Assembly (NCBI GenBank): GCA_000002445.1
Contig: CP000069.1
Coordinates: 736,001 to 800,000, forward strand
DNA: 64,000 nt
Direction: 5' to 3'
From: Trypanosoma brucei
Lineage: Eukaryota
Position numbers and translations under genes: made by a program. The notes below the pieces were generated by a model. The model was not told the origin of the DNA. It saw nothing but the letters and a program-made list of their open reading frames with translations, and did no database searches. Shown here piece after piece: positions 42,701 to 53,282 of the stretch (its first letter is position 1; each line of letters begins with the position of its first letter).

Positions 42701-44934
42701 ATTTGGGGGCCGTTAATATTTCCCTACCCATACTCCACCACAAGGGAAAAACTAACACAACGGAGAAAGAGTCATACAGTGGAGGACGATAACAATTACC
42801 ACCCCTCGTCGACAAATGAGTTACCCGACACGGACGGGAATAGTACGACCCTTACGCGCAGAAAAGTCGACAGCAGCTCAACGTATGAGAGGAGCCTTTC
42901 AAGGGATCTGGGAAATGTCAAATGGAAATCAACAACACGCAACAAAGGTGTTCTTGGTAAACGACGTCACGGTTATTCTAGCTTCTGCACACGATACGTA
43001 TATTATGGCACTGGCTTCAGAAGCAAACAAAGTAGCAAAAAGGATGTGAACACGCACAACTTGGGAACAGAAAGGACCCATAATCTAAGGATTCTATGCT
43101 TTCGCAGACAAACACGGACTACCGGCTGTCGAAACGACAATCCCCTTGTTTATTGTAAGTTTGCAACTGGCAAAGAGCAGCACCATACAGTATACAAGGA
43201 CACTACTATCATCACTAGCCGCAGAGCATACACCAGCGCGAATGTATTTGTAGCCGGACTATGCAGAATGACAGGGGGAAATACCATAAAACAGGCTTGA
43301 CCCATGTTGCGTTGGGAGCTCGATCTCGCGTGTGACACTTTAACACTAGAGCGGGATCGAGTGGCTTTAAAGCTGACCTGAATCGCAGCCAGCAGATGGG
43401 GAGAAATAGCACAGCTACAAAAGGAGAATTTTGTGCTCCATCCACAAGACAAAAAAGATGATGCCATAGTGGTAAACTGAGGAGCACTCCCGAAGATATT
43501 CAAAAGCGACACACACAGAACCGCGAAGTATGTGGTGATAAGCGGAGAAGATGCAAGAAGGATCCGAAGGGTAATCAGGGAAATGGAGGGTAATGAAAAG
43601 CTCACATCTATTACAACAAAAGGAATGAAAGAAATACTACGCTCACTCGGGATGACTGCACATTCAATAAAGAGAGGGAAATTAGCACACGTAGAATTGG
43701 CATGAGTGGTGTAAAAACACAAGCCCTCGACTTAAGATTATTAACACAATTAGGAAAGCACGCAGACCCTCAGAAGCTTTCACGAAGTACGGTAAGACGC
43801 TATCTGTGTCGATGGAACACCACCATCAACAAGTCGGAGCGGTTAACCACGTTGATGTAAAACATCTGATAGGGAGAAAAGCAGATATGCCATGCAATAT
43901 GCCGGAATCCTCACGCCGAGCAGTGTTAGCTTTATTGACAAGAAAAAATTATCGAGGGCACATCATCATTCGACGTTCGCAAGGAACGCGGGCAGTGTCA
44001 GATGAAGAAGAGAGACATTACTTCTTCAGGAAGTAAATGTGGGTACATTGTCTTTGGAATTGGTACGAAGACGAATGTAGGATGAGGCACAGCAACGGTT
44101 TGACAATGTATGGAACTTGATGATTGCCACGGAACGAAATTCGAAAGAAAGAGACAGGGAGTCTCATTTGCGGATTGCGGAAAAAGACGCCGATTTATTG
44201 CCTGGTCCAAGGTAAAAAATGCCAGAAATGATTACGAGGTTGGAGTCCTGTTGGGACACATATCCCTATATCTAAGTGCAGTTTATGATGAATCCGCAGG
44301 GTTGTTTGATTTAAAGGCTTCTTTTTTTCCGGATGAACAAGCCACAAAAGACATTCGAGCGAGTTTCCGCTGTTGCACAGAAAAGTGGGGAACTGGTAGA
44401 ATTGAATCGATTCCCAATGGGTTAATAAATGAAGCCATGAAATTGTACAGACATCACGAGAGTTTTGGCAGGAGACTCAGAGGTAGTGAAACCACAATAT
44501 GCGGCCGCCAACGAATCGAGGGTTCACACGTAGATCGATAACATCCGTATCAGTAAACCACACAAAACGGTCAAAGAATGGGGGGACCACATTGCTAAAA
44601 ACATGAAAGAATGCGGGGCAACGGTTGCCGAGCAACAAAAAATGGTCACACGATACGAATTTATCGGGGTTTTATTTGACCATGACAAACAGACGGTTTT
44701 GTTGAATGCAAAGACAACACGGCGGATTCGAGAATCGGCTCCACTCGAGACAACGACCATAAAACAGATGGAGAGAGTTGTATTCTGCATGATATACGCG
44801 GCTGGTATTGGGGGGGGGAGCCATTTTTCTCTTACTATATTTTCTTTAAAATGATGCGTCGGCGTTTATCTCGCCTAAATAGGAAATTGGTGAACCATTC
44901 CGATCGGGATTAGCTGCCAAAAAATGCATTAAAG

Positions 44935-45370
44935 TTGGCGAAGCAGTGGATGAGCGAGTTGTTGAAAAATGTAGCAGTGGTTCCACCACAGGTTCATCCC
45001 TCCACGGCCACACTGGTGACAGATACCTCCGTGCAGGGATGGGGAGGGATGTTATTTCGAGATAAAGGAGAGATTATAATAGCAGGAGGCTCCTGGGAAA
45101 CGGCACCTCACATGATATCATAAGGAGAAGTGCGAGCGATTCAATTCGCATTGTTAGCGATTCGGGGGCGTTTCGATGGGCCATTGCAAATATACGTGGA
45201 TAACACCACCGTAATGCATATTATGAAGGAAGACGACGCGCATTCAAGCGCCCTAGTGCGATAGGCATCTGTAAAAAACAGGATATTACGACAGGAACAG
45301 ATAAATGCCACATGGTGTTACGTACATTCAGGGGTAAATCCAACCGATGGGATGTCTCGAGGGATACCTG
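44935..45370 (+). pseudogene. RNase H domain of the retroelement (interrupted by a stop codon)
   Basis: TDTSVQGWGG..(stop)..GEVRAIQFALLAI...LQIYVDNTTVMHIM...ATWCYVHSGVNPTDGMSRG reproduces the RNase H catalytic D, E, D and terminal H...N..AD..SR pattern. Confidence 0.55.
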
Positions 45371-45782
45371 TCAGGGGACAGGACTTGGCGATGGGGTGGA
45401 ACATGTGGAGGAGAGCGCGGGAGGAGGTTTTAAAGACGCTTTCAGCTCTTTCATATCGTTAGTAAATTATCGTTCATAAATCGTATTTGCGTGGGATGAG
45501 GATGAAGGAACACAACCGGGCATTTAAGGATAAATAATTATTTTTTATATCTTTCTTATCGGTAATAAAGGGAAGGTAATGCCTAAACTATTCCTCTTTT
45601 TACTTTCTTATGTCTTTCTTCTCTCCAAAATATACATTTTTTAATCTAAAGGAAAAAGGGGAAGGGGAACGTGTCGGGTTTATCGTAAGCGGTTTTGAAT
45701 TCTGATCACTAGCTGTTGGTAAGAGTTCGGAAAGGGAAACTTGAATTGTTTTTTATTACATTAAAGTGAAGGCCCACGGTCG

Positions 45783-46712
45783 ATGCCACGCCATTTACGC
45801 TCGTTTTTTTGGGTATTGGTGATTGCCATCAGTCATTGTTCTTTCTTACAGCTGACGACACCGGTAGCAGGTGCATCACAGGGGGAAGCAAATGTTGACT
45901 ACGATGCCATTTTGTTAGAGCATATGATGGCACAAACTTTCACAGTCAGTGTTTTCACGGAGCGATACGGCGTATTCAATGCAAGCCTTGTTCTTTCAGC
46001 TTCCTCTAATTTCCCTGAACTCATTCACGGTGAGCTCATTCCCACTGGAACACAGAGGTTAGAAACGAAGGAGCAGCGGGGTTTGGAACATTTTTCACAC
46101 AACCGTTCGATGCTTGGAGTCACGCCGCCACAGCAGGTTGCTAATGCCCACCCCTCTCTGTTAATCATAAACATTAAAATGGATTATTCTGGGGCATCGG
46201 CAGGAACCTTTAGTGCCTGGAGTCTCCCAGCAGCGGATCGAGAATTACAAACTCGTTTGACGACACTAGATGAGAAAGAAATAAATCCAACGGTTTCAGC
46301 CAGTTTTTCCTTTCTCCCTGTCGTGACCGCTGCAATTCCCTCTTCACTGAGCGATATCCAACTTGCTCCACGCATGGCGAGTGGGACAGTCTCAATGGAG
46401 GATGGGAAGAAAGGAACCTTTACACTTAACTTTCTCTCGGACCATGAGTTTTCTCTAATAGTGAGATTAGAGGGTGATACTTCGTCTTTTGATAACATTT
46501 GGGCGCACGGGTACGCAAAACCAAATGATGTCTTATTTCCTCGTCGTCCCCCGTATAAACCCCCGGTTTGGCTCATTTGGCTGATGTCAGGTGCATGGTT
46601 ATCGGTTGTCTTGTTTCAAGTTATTAGTTATTGTTATTCTAACGATCATTCTGTGCAACCGAAGCAAATCGTCCGTGTGGCACCACCCGCCAAGGGCAAG
46701 AAGGTCAACTGA
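45783..46712 (+). CDS. Hypothetical type-I membrane protein (signal peptide + C-terminal TM)
   Basis: N-terminal hydrophobic signal-like segment FFWVLVIAISHCSFLQLTTPVAGA. C-terminal TM VWLIWLMSGAWLSVVLFQVISYC followed by a short basic tail. 309 aa. Confidence 0.5.
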   Translation: MPRHLRSFFWVLVIAISHCSFLQLTTPVAGASQGEANVDYDAILLEHMMAQTFTVSVFTERYGVFNASLVLSASSNFPELIHGELIPTGTQRLETKEQRGLEHFSHNRSMLGVTPPQQVANAHPSLLIINIKMDYSGASAGTFSAWSLPAADRELQTRLTTLDEKEINPTVSASFSFLPVVTAAIPSSLSDIQLAPRMASGTVSMEDGKKGTFTLNFLSDHEFSLIVRLEGDTSSFDNIWAHGYAKPNDVLFPRRPPYKPPVWLIWLMSGAWLSVVLFQVISYCYSNDHSVQPKQIVRVAPPAKGKKVN

Positions 46713-47399
46713 TGGTATACCCCGTGTTGGAATAGGTGAACCAAATGACTCATTTTTTCTTTTTTTTTTTTAAAAAAAAGAACTCTGCTTTGAGTTTATC
46801 TTTTTCATTGTGCAGGCTCTCCTTGGGGCGAACAAAGTGGTGGGAGAGACGGTACCTACTTGCGTTAAATCTCCTTTTTTCTCTTTGCACACCTGTGTGT
46901 GTCTGTTTCTATATTTATCGCGCCCGAAGAGGTAATAGGGGGAAACTGCTGAAAGTTTCTAACGCTTATGAACAGGGAAACAGAGATCGTTTTTTTTTTT
47001 GGAGGGGGGGGGGCGTTTACATGGTTCCTTTCCACGTTTCATCATATCGCACGCAGGAAGCGCCCTTTTGTACAATGAAAGTATTCTTTACCAGGGGTTG
47101 TTAGCGGGCGGTGTTTGAGAATTGGTGAGCAATAATAATCTTCGAACCTCCGTTTTCAGGTAAAAAACGAGTATAGTCGAAAACTGCTGCCAAATAATGG
47201 AGGACCAACTACAGCTTCTCTCTTTCCACATACTTGCCTCTTTACTGGTTGCCTGCTTGCTCCATATATATGACGCCGCTTCTTTGGCCTTTTTCTTTTT
47301 TTTTTTTAAATTTCCCTACGCCTAGTGACACTAAATAGAAGGTGCAGTAAAAGGGGTCGTGGTGGTGGTGGTAGGAGACGCACTCAAATTGCGCACCGA

Positions 47400-48839
47400 A
47401 TGCTCAGTGGAACTACTTTTGGAGCATCTCCACTGGCTCGTAATATCGCTGATGACCCCGAGGGGTGGCCGGTAGTTGTAGTCGTTGGTGAATTGGCCAC
47501 ATATATGTGTCGATCCGGAGATATTCGACCCTTTGCTCAAGAAAAACCAATTTCTGCTGATGTGCTGGGGAAACCACCACCAACAGCCACTGAGTCGGAC
47601 AATGACGCGACCAACTCGTCACGGGAGGAGGCACACTCGTTCCTTTTGTCAAGACTGCGAAGACATCTGTCGCATCGGAACATTATTTTAGTTGCACCTG
47701 TACGCTCTACATTGGAGTGGCACGAGAAGCTTGTGGTATTCTGTTTCGAAAAGCTGCAGGTACGTACACTCGTGATGTTGTCGGATTTTGTAGCCGATGC
47801 GTTTGCCGTTGGATGTCGGAATGCACTTGTGCTTCATGCCTCGCCCTCAGCCATTAGTATTGGTCGTGTAGAGGCTGGCGTTACAGTAAAGCAAGCAACA
47901 ATGTCTTATGGACAGCTTTCCCCATTAATGTGCGAAACGACAGGGGACATCAAACACAATGTATTAACGCAACAACATGCAAACGCGGGCACTAATTGTC
48001 GCGAAGGAGATAATCAAACCAGAGAGAGTGTCTCATCCGGTACCGCCGTTATACCCGGGAAACTACCGAGTGACGACTCTGTTTTTTCTTCCGTGTTTTC
48101 CGCTGCATCGCCGAAGGTTGTAGATTTGTTGGATGAAGTGCATCATGACGCACTTGCTTCTTTGGTAGGGGAGAACGTGTACAACCGCGTCGTTTCTTCA
48201 ATGCGGGAAGGTCGGCCAAACCAAAGGAAGTTGCGAGCAACAAAACGTGACAGAGCGAGCAACAGTGGTGGTCGGAGGAGTAGCAGGAATGGTCGAGTCA
48301 ATGCTGCTGCAAATGTGAGTGAGAACTCGAGCAAACGATCTCTTATTGACATAAGTAGCAGTGGGGGGGATGAGGGTGGGGAAAGTGAGGAAGATGACGG
48401 TGAAGGACCCCTCATTCGTCTCATATTGTCCGTCGCTGGTCGTGAGCCGGTTCCAGTTATTATTGCAGGCGAGGCCTTGCGTGTTGCTCCATCGCTTCAA
48501 AAGTTTCTTGAGGAGGCGGTCCGTGCTTGCGGTACCTCCCATATGAAACGCGCATGTAACGACGACTCAAACTCATCAAGTAGTTCATCGACAGCTTCGT
48601 CTTCATCTTCTTCGGGTGGCGCCTCGTCATTTTCCTCATCGTTATCGACTCCGAGTGATGGCCAGGAAGTTCTTAAAATTCAACCACTACCGATCGGAGA
48701 ACTTCCATGGGAACTGTCCCTTCTTGGTGGCTCCCTTGTCTCACAACTTCCTATGCTGGAATTGTGCAAGCTTTACATTTCACGGGAGGATGCGCTTTCT
48801 TCAAAAGGGTCTATCATACGTTGGCGGTCGGTCATTTGA
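47400..48839 (+). CDS. Divergent actin-related protein (ARP) with Ser-rich insertion
   Basis: Actin-fold landmarks are present. WPVVVVVGELATYMCRSGD corresponds to the phosphate-1 region (LVxDNGSGxxKAGFAGD). NIILVAPVRSTLEWHEKLVVFCFEKLQVRTLVMLSDFVADAFAVGCRNALVLHASPSAISIGRVEAG corresponds to the central actin block ([67 protein letters not shown]). The C-terminus LLGGSLVSQLPMLELCKLYISREDALSSKGSIIRWRS corresponds to the actin C-terminus ([34 protein letters not shown]). First ATG at 47400; the track ORF starts at GTG 47325. Confidence 0.65.
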   Translation: MLSGTTFGASPLARNIADDPEGWPVVVVVGELATYMCRSGDIRPFAQEKPISADVLGKPPPTATESDNDATNSSREEAHSFLLSRLRRHLSHRNIILVAPVRSTLEWHEKLVVFCFEKLQVRTLVMLSDFVADAFAVGCRNALVLHASPSAISIGRVEAGVTVKQATMSYGQLSPLMCETTGDIKHNVLTQQHANAGTNCREGDNQTRESVSSGTAVIPGKLPSDDSVFSSVFSAASPKVVDLLDEVHHDALASLVGENVYNRVVSSMREGRPNQRKLRATKRDRASNSGGRRSSRNGRVNAAANVSENSSKRSLIDISSSGGDEGGESEEDDGEGPLIRLILSVAGREPVPVIIAGEALRVAPSLQKFLEEAVRACGTSHMKRACNDDSNSSSSSSTASSSSSSGGASSFSSSLSTPSDGQEVLKIQPLPIGELPWELSLLGGSLVSQLPMLELCKLYISREDALSSKGSIIRWRSVI

Positions 48840-49292
48840 GAAGGGGGGGGCAGGGGAAAACTCCCGTAATATGTGTTCCGTTTTGTTGGGTGCATTTTGT
48901 CGTCTGTTTGTTCGACTGTTTTTTGTGGGTGCGAGTGTTGAAGGAGCCACTGCATTTTGTCACGTATTTGAGTGCTCCTTCTGCTCCGTTTTTTTACCCC
49001 TGTTTGAAAATGTATGACTGCGGGTGACAAGTTGAGGTGCCCTATACGGTGTATGTGCATTGCGTGTCTGTCTGTGGCGTGTTCCTTTGGATTATGTATC
49101 CCCTTGTCTACAGCAACCACTCTCCAACGAATTATTATTATTTTTTCCCTAACCACCTCACCTTTGTTACTTCAGGTGAATAATTCGGGTTCCCGCGCTC
49201 CATTGGAAAGGTCTCTACGGTGGAAACGAAAGGGGAGCGAGAGGGAAAGCGAAGTGAAGAGGGAAGAAGGTGTGCCAATATTTGTTACTAAG

Positions 49293-51107
49293 ATGCTGTT
49301 CTGGTGTCGTCATGTGAGCTGCTTACTTAGCCGCCGTCGTCACGTCCAATATACATCCAGAGGGGAGGTGGAGAGGCTGCGTAAAACTGCTATCCTTGAG
49401 TCAGCTGCGGAGATGCCTTTGCACACGCGTTCAACCACAGAACCGAGGCTGTTGCTGTCCACTACTTGCTCGACTTCAAACACAACATCCGCAATACGCA
49501 TTCTTGATGAAACAATAGAAGCGATGCGCAGTAGCTTGGGCACACAGAGCGGCAAGAGGGCAGTGTACGCCGCATCACGTGCCTTTAAAGTCTCATCGTT
49601 GTCTCATTTCATAACCGAGTGCCGGAGGTTGCGGCGGCAAATTGGTGAGTGCCGTGATACCAACAACCGTGTACTTCTTCGGCAAACGCTTCGTAATTTT
49701 TGGACGGATAATGTGGATGGGGCACTCGCCTGTTGTGCATTGAGGGGAAGAGACTTCGGTTTTGTAGCTGGGCTTGGTCTTGCAGACGACGGGCTTCATG
49801 TTAGTTTCACTGCTCTGAACCTTGCAGTTTGTAGTGTGACGCAGGAGAAGAACACTTGCACGTGCACAGACATGGTCCTGTCTCTTCACTACGTGGCAAG
49901 GGAACTTAACTTCATTGAACGAATGCACCGGCGTGAACCGGATCCCCACAAAGGGAAGAAATTCGAAAGAAAAAAAGGGATCAGGGATGATAGAAACTCA
50001 CCGAACGGTGAGGGGACAAGCAACAGCAACAAGGAAATAGGACGCGGTGGACCTACGCAAGAAGAACTTCAACATCTGAGGCGAACCGTTGCGACCTTAG
50101 GACTGGAGAGAATACACTATTTCTTCCTGCAGCGCGATGCTTCGGGTGCTGTGTTGGGGACGGCTGAGGATGCCCTCCACGTTCTGGAGTTTCTTTCTAT
50201 TGTGGATATCGACGATGCGGAAGACAGCGCACGGGTTCTTTTTGAGGCAACAAAACCACGGTCCCGCAAAAAAATTTATCAATTTGCCGTCACCTCGCTT
50301 CTTCGCCATGTCGTGAGTAACTGCAAAGATCTGAAGTTTACGTCAGTTGTGCATGCTTTCCGACTTCTGCGTATTTTTCTACCAGTGACGTGTCCTGATT
50401 CACCGACTAAGTTATCCCCACCACCACCATTACCTCCGCGGACGAAAGAGTGGGAAAGCAGTATTAATTCAGCGGCACCTAGGGTTCTCAGTCATACAAT
50501 AGATGCATTTCGTGGGGACCCTCACGATGAAACCGTTTTTGTTAGCGGGGGTGCAGAGTATTTGGAATGGAAAAGACAACTTGAAACTATGGATCGTATT
50601 TTATGGGGTCTATTTGCTGCGCTTCAGAAGAAGGATGCACGTTTTATAAATGCATTTCATTTTGTGCAGATTGTTGAAACGCTATCGCGCCTCCCACGTC
50701 ACTTGCTGTCGCGTGTTCCGCAACCGAAACGGGGAAGACCCCAAGGTGTTGGAGGGACAATGGTGTCCAATCCAACGCTTGAGGCTGCCGCAGTGCATGC
50801 CGCTCACTCTGGAAACCGAAGCTCCGATAGGGAAGTGATTTCATTAGAGGAACTGTGGGCCTACATGGTGGCAAAGGCGTGCATTTTCATACCGGGTATG
50901 ACGTCTGATCAGCGCCGCCGAGTGTGTTATAACTTACGTGTGGCAGTGATGAGTCGCGCCGTTTGTTTTCAATGCGAAGTGGAGGACATGCTGCAACCGA
51001 TGGCGCATGAACTTTCGCAGTATCCAAAGGATTTTGACGCAGTTATGTTTGATCGCGCCTCGCCCGGAGGGGCGAGGGGATGTTACTATACTGGTAGTGG
51101 TGCATAA
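49293..51107 (+). CDS. Hypothetical protein (start uncertain: 49014 or 49293)
   Basis: 697 aa track ORF from ATG 49014. The first 93 codons are pyrimidine-rich and look like a trans-splice acceptor region, so ATG 49293 (MLFWCRHVSCLLSRRRHV) is the more likely start. No recognised domain. Confidence 0.4.
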   Translation: MLFWCRHVSCLLSRRRHVQYTSRGEVERLRKTAILESAAEMPLHTRSTTEPRLLLSTTCSTSNTTSAIRILDETIEAMRSSLGTQSGKRAVYAASRAFKVSSLSHFITECRRLRRQIGECRDTNNRVLLRQTLRNFWTDNVDGALACCALRGRDFGFVAGLGLADDGLHVSFTALNLAVCSVTQEKNTCTCTDMVLSLHYVARELNFIERMHRREPDPHKGKKFERKKGIRDDRNSPNGEGTSNSNKEIGRGGPTQEELQHLRRTVATLGLERIHYFFLQRDASGAVLGTAEDALHVLEFLSIVDIDDAEDSARVLFEATKPRSRKKIYQFAVTSLLRHVVSNCKDLKFTSVVHAFRLLRIFLPVTCPDSPTKLSPPPPLPPRTKEWESSINSAAPRVLSHTIDAFRGDPHDETVFVSGGAEYLEWKRQLETMDRILWGLFAALQKKDARFINAFHFVQIVETLSRLPRHLLSRVPQPKRGRPQGVGGTMVSNPTLEAAAVHAAHSGNRSSDREVISLEELWAYMVAKACIFIPGMTSDQRRRVCYNLRVAVMSRAVCFQCEVEDMLQPMAHELSQYPKDFDAVMFDRASPGGARGCYYTGSGA

Positions 51108-51483
51108 CCGGCGGATAAGATGCTACGCGGCATTTTCGTGTCGCGTACGTGTGTGCGTATTCAGATGATTTTTTGTTTAAAAAACATTTCTTTGTTTTTA
51201 TTCTTTTATATATTATCTTCACCCTTCTTGTAGCGTTTCGAGGGTACGGGAGGGGGGGGGGTGGCAGAGAGTTGTAAAGTAGGGTATATGCGAAGACGAA
51301 GCCATACTTTCAAGCAAGCGTTTCTGGTGTTTTTGTATTTTTTTTCTGTGTCCTTTTCCCCCCCTTAAATCCCCTACTAATATAATTTACCGATTTTCCT
51401 TTCTGTCTGTCGATAACTTGCAATGTATTTATTATGCAGTGCTGTAGTCGTCTACCTACTTCACTGATAACAAGATAAGTGTT

Positions 51484-51876
51484 ATGATTCGCCGATTAGG
51501 CAGTGTTTCTTCCACGTCCTCTTCATCACTATGCCGTGCGGCATCAGTTGCGATGATTCCCGCTGCTCAGTCCCGCGCTGCGGTTAGGGAATTCCACAGT
51601 TTGTATAGCCTTGCGGCGTCACTTGTTGTCTGCTCGGGTTCCGTGTTGTGTTTTGCATCATGGGCGAATAACATATGCAACGTCAGGAAATATGGCCGCT
51701 GGCGTTTCCGCAACACGATTGACGATGTTATTATGGTTTCAGACTTCAAAACAGCGCGTTATATTGGAGGGTTTATTGGTTTCTTGTTCTATTGGCTCAT
51801 AGTAGGTCCGAGGAAATACATGTACGAGAGTAATTTAGCGGACATTCCTGGAAATAAGCGCTTTGGGCCTTTTTAG
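51484..51876 (+). CDS. Small hypothetical membrane protein (presequence-like N-terminus, one TM)
   Basis: 130 aa ATG ORF. Ser/Arg-rich N-terminus MIRRLGSVSSTSSSSLCRAAS. Hydrophobic helix YIGGFIGFLFYWLIVG. On the coding strand, between other genes. Confidence 0.35.
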   Translation: MIRRLGSVSSTSSSSLCRAASVAMIPAAQSRAAVREFHSLYSLAASLVVCSGSVLCFASWANNICNVRKYGRWRFRNTIDDVIMVSDFKTARYIGGFIGFLFYWLIVGPRKYMYESNLADIPGNKRFGPF

Positions 51877-52850
51877 ATGGAATGGTAAACATATAACCGG
51901 ACACAAAATGGATGAGGTAGAACAGTTATGCACCAGGGGATGCATGATGCAGCTAGAAATCAAAAGCTCTGATGCGGATGGAAGACGGAAGAAAGTGTTG
52001 AGGAGGAGGAGGAGGAGAGGAAAGAAGGAAGGAAGGAAGGAGTGGGGAAATGTTTAATCCACTGGAAGGATGTAGTTGCGTGCGTGAGCGAATATGCGGC
52101 GGGATTTGCCGTTCTTCAACAGTAGTAATAGCAGTAGTATTAGGTGTGGAAAAAAAAAAGGGATCCGCGTTTCCACTAACTCACACGTCTATATGTATAT
52201 ATATGTGTGTGTGTGTATTATCATCATAACGTCTGCAATCTAGCAGCGTTCTTCCTTCAGTGGTGTTCAGTCATTAATCCCTCATAGTGTTATCGAAGGC
52301 GATGCCTCGTGGAAGTTTTCTCTTCTCCCTCACCGAGTTGGTCGTGCATATATGAACGTGTTATTCCGACTAGGAAAGGGAGGAGGAAGCAGACATGATA
52401 TAATTTACCATTTCTGCAGAAACTGAACACGTGCACACATATTCGTTTTTGACTTGTTGTCACCTGTGGTTAAGAATTTTTTTTTATGTTGTGTCAGCAT
52501 AGTGATATCAGTTTTTAGGAGCGCGGATGAATGTTTTCTCAGTTCCATTATATACTCTTCCGTCTTTATTTTTTCTCTTATTATATATATTTTTTAACGT
52601 CTAATGGAGCCACCAATTGTAAGTGTAATAGTTCTTCTTACAACTTACTACTTCATACATCCACAACGATATCACAAAAAAAAAAGGAAAAAATCGACGG
52701 CAAAGTTAGAAAAAAGATTGAAGGGGTAGTGTTTCACACGAGATACAGTTCACGAGCCTTTTCAAATCCTTTAATAATCATTTGTCTTTGTTGTTGTGTG
52801 TGTGTGAAGTTTCTGAGAGAACAAAGAGTTTAAGGGAGACGCTCACACGA

Positions 52851-53282
52851 ATGAGGAAACAATTAAATATGCAGGAGGAAGGTGATGCTTCCACGGCACG
52901 TACACATCGGCGACTGAATGATTTGCGCATGCAACCTCTGAGTTCGCTGCCTATGACGATATTTATGATGTGGATGGTGGGCAACGATGTGAGTATTTTC
53001 TCCATCGTATTTGTTGGCATGGCTGTCACAAACCCGCTTCAGTCCATGTTGGGAGCGGCAAAAGTCTTTGAGGAATTTAATGAGGAGGCGGAGAAGGACC
53101 CACACGTACGCAGTGCCGTTGGTCATTCAAAGCTTATCTACATTGCCTGCTGTTTCGCCGCCCTTGCTGTGGCGCTCATTAAACTCAACTGGATGGGTCT
53201 TATGCCGGTGAATGCAATGGATTGGTTGGACAGCACACCCCCACAGTACAAGGAGCAGAGCATGGGCACATTTTTTAGTTAA
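52851..53282 (+). CDS. EMC4: ER membrane protein complex subunit 4 (EMC4/TMEM85)
   Basis: LSSLPMTIFMMWMVGNDVSIFSIVFVGMAVTNPLQSMLGA...LIKLNWMGLMPVNAMDWLD matches human EMC4 [40 protein letters not shown]...YKCQSMGLLPTHASDWLA. First ATG at 52851; the track ORF starts at TTG 52782. Confidence 0.8.
   Translation: MRKQLNMQEEGDASTARTHRRLNDLRMQPLSSLPMTIFMMWMVGNDVSIFSIVFVGMAVTNPLQSMLGAAKVFEEFNEEAEKDPHVRSAVGHSKLIYIACCFAALAVALIKLNWMGLMPVNAMDWLDSTPPQYKEQSMGTFFS

Larger units (their letters stand above)
41400..45480 (+). mobile_element. Degenerate retroelement remnant (gag-like CCHC knuckle, RT thumb-like segment, RNase H), frameshifted; candidate VIPER/DIRS-like or other trypanosomatid retrotransposon relic
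   Basis: A series of + strand ORFs in three frames (41526, 42365, 42779, 42816, 43806, 44110, 44603, 44935). CCHC knuckle CFTCGQLGHYSNTC at 42596-42637. YEFIGVLFDHDKQTVLL (44603-) resembles the RT thumb (F-LG-hid). RNase H DTSVQGWGG...EVRAIQFALL...IYVDNTTV...WCYVHSGVNPTDGMSRG at 45010-45370 is interrupted by an in-frame TAA at 45121. Local composition is A-rich and unlike neighbouring genes. Boundaries are approximate. Confidence 0.5.

Noticed and set aside
43150-43722. 190 aa minus-strand ORF inside the retroelement region
   Set aside because: Ser/Leu/Phe-rich low-complexity translation. It is antisense to the element frames and has no motif. Most likely a chance ORF.
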